From IMG/VR virus record IMGVR_UViG_3300025277_000148, positions 1 through 24,227 of that record: DNA of 24,227 nt; one strand, 5' to 3'. Shown here one piece after another: positions 18,875 through 24,227 of this stretch. How positions within the stretch are numbered: position 1 is the first letter of the stretch; each line of letters starts with the position of its first letter. The position numbers and the translations under genes are program-made. This DNA comes from a virus (lineage: Duplodnaviria > Caudoviricetes). Below the pieces are notes generated by a model, which was not told the DNA's origin, did not search any database, and saw nothing but the letters and a program-made list of their open reading frames with translations.

Positions 18875-19264
18875 ATGGCATACGTACAAACATTAACTTT
18901 TGATCACGATATAAACACGTCTCTACAAGTTGGAGATCAGGTTTACATGACGAGCACATCGGACCTCGGTGGTTTTCAACAGAATTCTAGCGCAGTACCG
19001 ATACACGTTGGCTACGTTCATAATATTATTTCTCCTACATCAATAGAAGTTTTTAGTGAGTATGTTGATCCGAATACGGGGCTACCTTTACCTTACAACC
19101 TATTAGATCCAAATGGAGGCGACTATATATCCTTCTCTAAAAATAGAGTTGTAAATAATAATGATTTATTAGGATATTATGCATCTGTTCATTTTGTAAA
19201 TAATTCAACTACAGCCGCTAAATTATGGTCGGTAGGAAGTGGTATAACTGAAAACAGTAAATAA
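18875..19264 (+). CDS. 129-aa tail-associated protein, possibly the detached C-terminal domain of the muzzle protein
   Basis: Motifs INTSLQVGDQVY and LLGYYASVHFVNNSTTAAKLWSV. In frame with, and 3 nt after, the giant gene. Confidence 0.6.
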   Translation: MAYVQTLTFDHDINTSLQVGDQVYMTSTSDLGGFQQNSSAVPIHVGYVHNIISPTSIEVFSEYVDPNTGLPLPYNLLDPNGGDYISFSKNRVVNNNDLLGYYASVHFVNNSTTAAKLWSVGSGITENSK

Positions 19265-19276
19265 TAAATAATAACT

Positions 19277-21016
19277 ATGTCATATCATAACTTACCTAAC
19301 AGTACAAACTTAAGAACGACTAATGATCAAGGACAAGTAGCTCCTCCTGGATATCATTATATGCCAGATGGTAGTTTAATGCTTGATTCTGAAATGACAA
19401 ACACAACACTTAATGGTGGTCCATCTTTACCTAGATTAACAAATCTTGACTTAGATTTATCAGACTTACCAGCTACTAGTGAACGTAGGCGTTTTACTAT
19501 ATCTGGAGATAAAGGAGCAGAATTTAAATTAGAGATTAAAGATAATACTACTGGATATTACTACAACTTCGTGACAAATCTTTTTCAAACAACCGCCTCT
19601 AGTTTAGAAGAAGAAATACTTGGAAGATCATATAGTGGAGCTGTAACTTTTCCAGCGGTAACAGGTGGTGATGACCAGTATGACATTTATCTTTATGCAA
19701 AACCAGGTACAGAACACGCTGCTTATAGAGAGATTAGATTTGGTGATGGTTCATTAGATATTAACAATTCTACAGGTTCTAATTCTTTGGTGATGCAAAA
19801 GGTTATATATCAGTACGCGGCTTTAACGTTAACACTACAAGGTTATTCTCCTAATAGCACTGTTGCTGGAACTATGGCAACAGATACTGTTTCTATCAAC
19901 AGGGGTAAACATAGTAATAAAACGGCATTTTCTATGACTTGTACGGCCGCAACAACAGCTGCTTATAGAATCTTAAAACAACCAGTGGAAAGTGATGTTT
20001 TAGCTTTCATTGAACCAGTAGTTGGATCTGCTCCAATTGATTTACCAGGAGAAAATATATATCCAACTGTAACGGCGACTGGTCTTACTAATGCTGTCAT
20101 GTCTAGTACTGCCACGGTTACAATGGCAGATGCAATAGGTGATTTAGGACTTAAAATTGGTGACAAGGTTATACAAGCAGCAGGCCCGTTTTTTGCTAAT
20201 ATAGTTACTGTTGTTGCTGTTACTGGTGGTGGTCTTTCAGCAAACCAATTTACAGCCTCTGAAGCTATATCAGTTGGGAGTGGTGTTAGATTAAACTTTC
20301 ACAACAGAATGAATTTTAGCTGGCCTATAACTAAAGCTAACTTAATAAAATCAGGCATGATAGTTGTGCCGGGCACTGATGTTACAGCAAACACTATGGT
20401 TGGTGTATACGAAGATAAGATAACAATATTCGAGGGCACTAAAGACGAGAAAGTAATCGTTAAAAACACAAGACCAGCTATAAGTACATTTGGTAAAACC
20501 CCAACAATAGCAAAAGGATTAATCACAGCCCAAGACGGTGATGTTGTTTTTGACAAACAACAAGCTCTAGCTCTAGCTGGAGATACTCTAAAGATTGGAG
20601 GTTACGGGGAAAGTGAAATACTAAGAGTGTATGGTTGGGAAGTTAAATTTACAGATTTAGCCATTGCTTTAACTGCCCCAACCACAACAACTACCGCCGC
20701 GTCTGCTGGTGGTAGTTCTGCTAATGTAGTTGTCACGTCTAAAGAAGGTGTTATTAATAACGTGTCTAGAGTTGGTGGTATAGGTATTAATCCGGCGTTA
20801 CAAAATCCACTTATCACATCCGGTGGAGGGGCAACTGGTGGTGGAACTTGGGTTGTGGACGCTGTTCAAACATTAGAAAGCGGTATTACTTTAACTGTAG
20901 AAAACACGGGTAGAGTGGCAACTATAACTGGTAATATAGAAATTGTAAAAGCAGGTACTGCGGGTCAAACATTAATGTTCGATGTTGAGAAGTTACTTTC
21001 CACATCGGCTCCATAG
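19277..21016 (+). CDS. Putative tail/fibre-associated structural protein (Thr/Gly/Ala/Val-rich, beta-rich)
   Basis: Based on composition and position in the tail module. It has an N-terminal extension containing PPGYHYMPDGSLM. Confidence 0.55.
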   Translation: MSYHNLPNSTNLRTTNDQGQVAPPGYHYMPDGSLMLDSEMTNTTLNGGPSLPRLTNLDLDLSDLPATSERRRFTISGDKGAEFKLEIKDNTTGYYYNFVTNLFQTTASSLEEEILGRSYSGAVTFPAVTGGDDQYDIYLYAKPGTEHAAYREIRFGDGSLDINNSTGSNSLVMQKVIYQYAALTLTLQGYSPNSTVAGTMATDTVSINRGKHSNKTAFSMTCTAATTAAYRILKQPVESDVLAFIEPVVGSAPIDLPGENIYPTVTATGLTNAVMSSTATVTMADAIGDLGLKIGDKVIQAAGPFFANIVTVVAVTGGGLSANQFTASEAISVGSGVRLNFHNRMNFSWPITKANLIKSGMIVVPGTDVTANTMVGVYEDKITIFEGTKDEKVIVKNTRPAISTFGKTPTIAKGLITAQDGDVVFDKQQALALAGDTLKIGGYGESEILRVYGWEVKFTDLAIALTAPTTTTTAASAGGSSANVVVTSKEGVINNVSRVGGIGINPALQNPLITSGGGATGGGTWVVDAVQTLESGITLTVENTGRVATITGNIEIVKAGTAGQTLMFDVEKLLSTSAP

Positions 21017-21066
21017 TAAAAAAACAAGCAAAACTGTGACTATTTAGATATAAATTAAATTAAATT

Positions 21067-21564
21067 ATGTCTAAAAATGAGTTGCAAAAAATATTTGATA
21101 ATACTCCAGCTAAATCATATAAAGAAAAGGTAAAACAAATTGAGGATTATTTCGTTAGTGTTGCTGATGGGGAGAACGTTATAGGTACTGGTAAAGAAAT
21201 AATATACCCAGAACATTTATGGGAGTATAAACATTCTTTTGCTGATGGGATTTATATTAGAGAGATGAGAATGAAGAAGGGTCAACTGGGTTTTTCAGCA
21301 ATACATAAACACAGTTATGGATTCTTTTTGTTATCAGGAACACTAGCATCATCAAAAGAAGATGGTGTTGAAGAGTTTATAGCACCATGTTATATTATAT
21401 CACCACAAGGAGCAAAACGAATTGTGTACGCGGTAGAAGATTGTGTTATAACAACTGTACATGCAAATCCCACCAATACAGAGGATTTAGATGAATTAGC
21501 AAAAATAAATGTAGTGTTCAGTTGGGATGAGTACGAAGAATATTTAAAAGAAAATAAATTATGA
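21067..21564 (+). CDS. Cupin-fold (RmlC-like) protein
   Basis: HSFADGIYIREMRMKKGQ...IHKHSYGFFLLSG...IISPQGAKRIVYAVEDCVITTVH matches the two-motif cupin barrel with an HxH. Its stop overlaps the next start (ATGA). Confidence 0.7.
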   Translation: MSKNELQKIFDNTPAKSYKEKVKQIEDYFVSVADGENVIGTGKEIIYPEHLWEYKHSFADGIYIREMRMKKGQLGFSAIHKHSYGFFLLSGTLASSKEDGVEEFIAPCYIISPQGAKRIVYAVEDCVITTVHANPTNTEDLDELAKINVVFSWDEYEEYLKENKL

Positions 21565-22361
21565 TAAATTTAACAGGCATAATGTCACCGCATAACCACA
21601 TGGATAGAACATGGGGCGCAATTGTCGTTGGTGCTGTTGGAGCTGGTGTTAGCTATATAAACGCTAGTAAAAACAGGGATGCCGCTGAAACTGCCGCTGG
21701 AGAGGCTGAAACTAGACGTAAAGCCGAACAAGCAAAGTTAGACAAGCAAAAAGCTGAATATAAAAGTATGAAGTTTACAAATCCATTTGCTAACATGGAA
21801 AACACGTTTGAAGATCTAACTGTTAACCAACAACAAGCTCAATTTCAAGCTCAGCAAGGCTCTCAGCAAAGAGCTAATATAATGCAAAACATGAAAGGCG
21901 CCGCAGGAAGTAGTGGTATAGCAGGTTTAGCTCAAGCCCTAGCGAATCAAGGTTCGTTACAAACTCAAAAAATATCAGCTTCAATCGGTCAACAAGAATC
22001 AAGAAATCAAGTGGCAGCAGCTAAAGGGGCAGCGGCTATTCAAACTTACGATAGACAAGGTCAACAATGGGTTCAACAAGCTGAAATGGATAGACAAGCC
22101 ACTTTACTTGGTATGCAAATGGGTCAAACTACAGGCGCTAATTTAGCGCAACAACAAGCTCAAGCAAATCAAATGAACGCTGATATTGCTCAAAATAACG
22201 CTATGACAGGATTGTTTGAGGTAGGCGCTCAAGCGGCTGGTCAAATAAATTGGGGTGGTAGCCCGAAGGTTGCTGATCCTACTTCTTCAACAACTAATCC
22301 AACTTTTGATTTAGATTTTCAAAGAAGACAAGCCAACCGCCAAATTGGACCACAAGATTAA
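21561..22361 (+). CDS. Putative ejection / internal virion (pilot) protein
   Basis: N-terminal Gly/Ala hydrophobic segment WGAIVVGAVGAGVSY followed by a Gln/Ala-rich coiled coil, typical of podovirus DNA-ejection proteins. The exact start is uncertain. Confidence 0.65.
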   Translation: MINLTGIMSPHNHMDRTWGAIVVGAVGAGVSYINASKNRDAAETAAGEAETRRKAEQAKLDKQKAEYKSMKFTNPFANMENTFEDLTVNQQQAQFQAQQGSQQRANIMQNMKGAAGSSGIAGLAQALANQGSLQTQKISASIGQQESRNQVAAAKGAAAIQTYDRQGQQWVQQAEMDRQATLLGMQMGQTTGANLAQQQAQANQMNADIAQNNAMTGLFEVGAQAAGQINWGGSPKVADPTSSTTNPTFDLDFQRRQANRQIGPQD

Positions 22362-22377
22362 TAATAAAAAATAAAAT

Positions 22378-23943
22378 ATGGCAGCAGATAGAACATTAGT
22401 AGACGCGGCGTTTAAAGAGGCTACATCAAGAGCTGGAGTAGACGTTCCAAATCTAAAACCTTTATACGATAGCAATACAGAGAATATGAAATCTTATTTA
22501 GGTATCGCTACAGATGCCATGAAAGAGTATAAAGTAGAGAAAGAAACTTTAAGGATTGGTAAGAATGCGCAGTTAAGCGAGTTTAAAAAAATCATGGATA
22601 AAAACTATGAGAAAATCGTAAAGAGAAAAGAAACAATGCCTCAAGAGTTGGTTAACGCTGTTGATGCTGAAGTTAAAAGATTACAAGATGAGTTTGAAGC
22701 TGTAAACACGTTTGGTAAAGGTGATAATGTTGAAAACGAAAAAGCTAGAACAAGAATAACAGCAGACTTACAAAGAGTTATTGGTGAAGCTGTGGATGCT
22801 AGAGCCACTTTTCAAATGTTAAGTGAAAATAAAGACGCTTGGCATACCAATGCTATTAAAAGCGAAACAATAGCTCCAATGATGTTAATGATGGATTTAG
22901 ATAACATGGACATGGACGATAATGTTTCGGTATCATTTATTAACGGTAAACTAACTTTTAACGCAAAGAACTACACGCAAGTTAACGATGGGTTTGGTAA
23001 TATGATTACGGGTGGTGACATGAGTTACAACTTAAAACAAATGAGGGAAAACCTACCAACAATAAATGCTAAAACACAAGGTGCTGTGGTAGATATTTAT
23101 AAAACTAGAGTAGCTCAAGCAAAACTAGATGCTGAAGATAGCAACGCACCAATGATTAACGATGAAGAGCTAGTATCAAATATTGAAGCTATAATTGACA
23201 CAAAAGAAGATTTTAGAGACTTAGCGTTAACTAGAATTGAAGGTGTTAATAAAGAATCTTTAGTATCAGCATTACAAAATACTGATCCAGCAAAAGGAGC
23301 GTCTATATCAATAGATCTTTTAGAGTCAACTTTTTTAACAACATTTCAATTAACAGATGTTGACAAAGATGGTGATATTGATCTTCAGGACATGGAAGCT
23401 TTAGAATCTGAAGCGGATAAGGCACTTTTTAAAGAAAACTTTGATAAAATGGTTAATGTGTTAACGGATATTACGGATGACAACTTTGATTTAGATAGAT
23501 CAAAAAAAGTTTTAGTAAACCACTTAAGAAATGATATTACTAGTAGGTATGATTATACATTTAAAGGGTTTAACGACGCTATATTAAAACAAGTTCAGGG
23601 AAATTTTAAAATTGGTAGAGGTGGGTATTTACATAATCCAGCAAAAAATAGGGAGGACTACGTTGGTTGGAGAATGAATAGAGAAGGTCAGATGTTGTAT
23701 GATGACAAAGAAGTTGCTAAAAAAATTAAAAATGGTGAAGAGTTTACAGATCCTTGGCAGAATGAGTACGTGCCAGTGTTGGATAATAAAGGTGGGGTCG
23801 TGGGATATAACGTAAGAGATGGTGCTACTGGTCGACTTATAACAGACGACAAGGAGGTAGATGGCGTAACTATTACTGGCCAACCTGTTTTCTACACTAA
23901 GGTTAACGCTAGAAGAAACGCTGTTGGAGTAAAATATGATTAA
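22378..23943 (+). CDS. Putative internal virion/ejection protein with an EF-hand-like loop
   Basis: Helical, charged 521-aa protein following the pilot-like gene. DVDKDGDIDLQD lies at 23356-23391. Confidence 0.5.
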   Translation: MAADRTLVDAAFKEATSRAGVDVPNLKPLYDSNTENMKSYLGIATDAMKEYKVEKETLRIGKNAQLSEFKKIMDKNYEKIVKRKETMPQELVNAVDAEVKRLQDEFEAVNTFGKGDNVENEKARTRITADLQRVIGEAVDARATFQMLSENKDAWHTNAIKSETIAPMMLMMDLDNMDMDDNVSVSFINGKLTFNAKNYTQVNDGFGNMITGGDMSYNLKQMRENLPTINAKTQGAVVDIYKTRVAQAKLDAEDSNAPMINDEELVSNIEAIIDTKEDFRDLALTRIEGVNKESLVSALQNTDPAKGASISIDLLESTFLTTFQLTDVDKDGDIDLQDMEALESEADKALFKENFDKMVNVLTDITDDNFDLDRSKKVLVNHLRNDITSRYDYTFKGFNDAILKQVQGNFKIGRGGYLHNPAKNREDYVGWRMNREGQMLYDDKEVAKKIKNGEEFTDPWQNEYVPVLDNKGGVVGYNVRDGATGRLITDDKEVDGVTITGQPVFYTKVNARRNAVGVKYD

Positions 23944-23964
23944 TAAAATTAAATTACATTACGC

Positions 23965-24227
23965 ATGTTAGAAGAGTTATATCAAGGTTTATATGAGGAT
24001 GGTTATTTTTATGGTAGCTTCGAGCAATTTCAAAAGAAATTCCAAGACTTAGATTACAGAAAAACATTACACGCTGGTATTGTAAATGACGGTGATTTTT
24101 CAGGTGACTTTAATACTTTTGAAAATAAGTTTACTGGAGCGGCCACTGAAGTCCCTACATACAACCCGGAGACTATTTCATCGTCATCAGATTACGCTTC
24201 ACCAATAGATGTTGCTGGCTATAATAT
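23965..24227 (+). CDS. Start of a further protein, probably a large internal virion protein; runs off the window
   Basis: Hand translation: MLEELYQGLYEDGYFYGSFEQFQKKFQDLDYRKTLHAGIVNDGDFSGDFNTFENKFTGAATEVP..., open to the end of the window. Confidence 0.75.
   Translation, partial: MLEELYQGLYEDGYFYGSFEQFQKKFQDLDYRKTLHAGIVNDGDFSGDFNTFENKFTGAATEVPTYNPETISSSSDYASPIDVAGYN

Noticed and set aside
820-23883. Short minus-strand ORFs and nested plus-strand ORFs (4183-4392, 16785-16976)
   Set aside because: All lie within long, well-supported plus-strand genes, have no recognisable motifs and look like shadow ORFs.
1-24227. Genome-wide TAG or TGA reassignment as in some crAss-like phages
   Set aside because: Genes up to 3301 codons are uninterrupted in the standard code and coding density is already near complete.

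Overview
This AT-rich window is a gap-free, all plus-strand virion morphogenesis module of a podovirus-like phage with crAss-like (Crassvirales-related) gene order. The host is most likely in Bacteroidota, inferred from the lack of Shine-Dalgarno sites and the AT-rich leaders, mostly with A at -3. Gene order: terminase large subunit (5' truncated), portal, acidic scaffold-like protein, major capsid protein, terminator, conserved post-capsid protein, an UNCG hairpin, a 53-aa CGC mini-protein missed by the ORF track, two tail ring/adaptor-like proteins, a 3301-aa tail stabilisation/muzzle-like protein, a 129-aa protein, a 579-aa beta-rich structural protein, a cupin, and three probable ejection (internal virion) proteins, the last one truncated. 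The main oddity is the giant tail protein, which carries two large inserts and a ~1000-aa C-terminal array of about 18 Cys-rich GCxD...NY...DDGSC repeats interleaved with FN3/Ig-like domains. This array appears to have split the usual C-terminal domain off into the next in-frame ORF. Other notable signals are a 42-bp in-frame direct repeat, five consecutive tail ORFs in one reading frame (one junction is TAG-TAC-ATG), a shared 25-nt leader motif, and several candidate metal or redox motifs. All family assignments come from motif recall and synteny, not from database searches.
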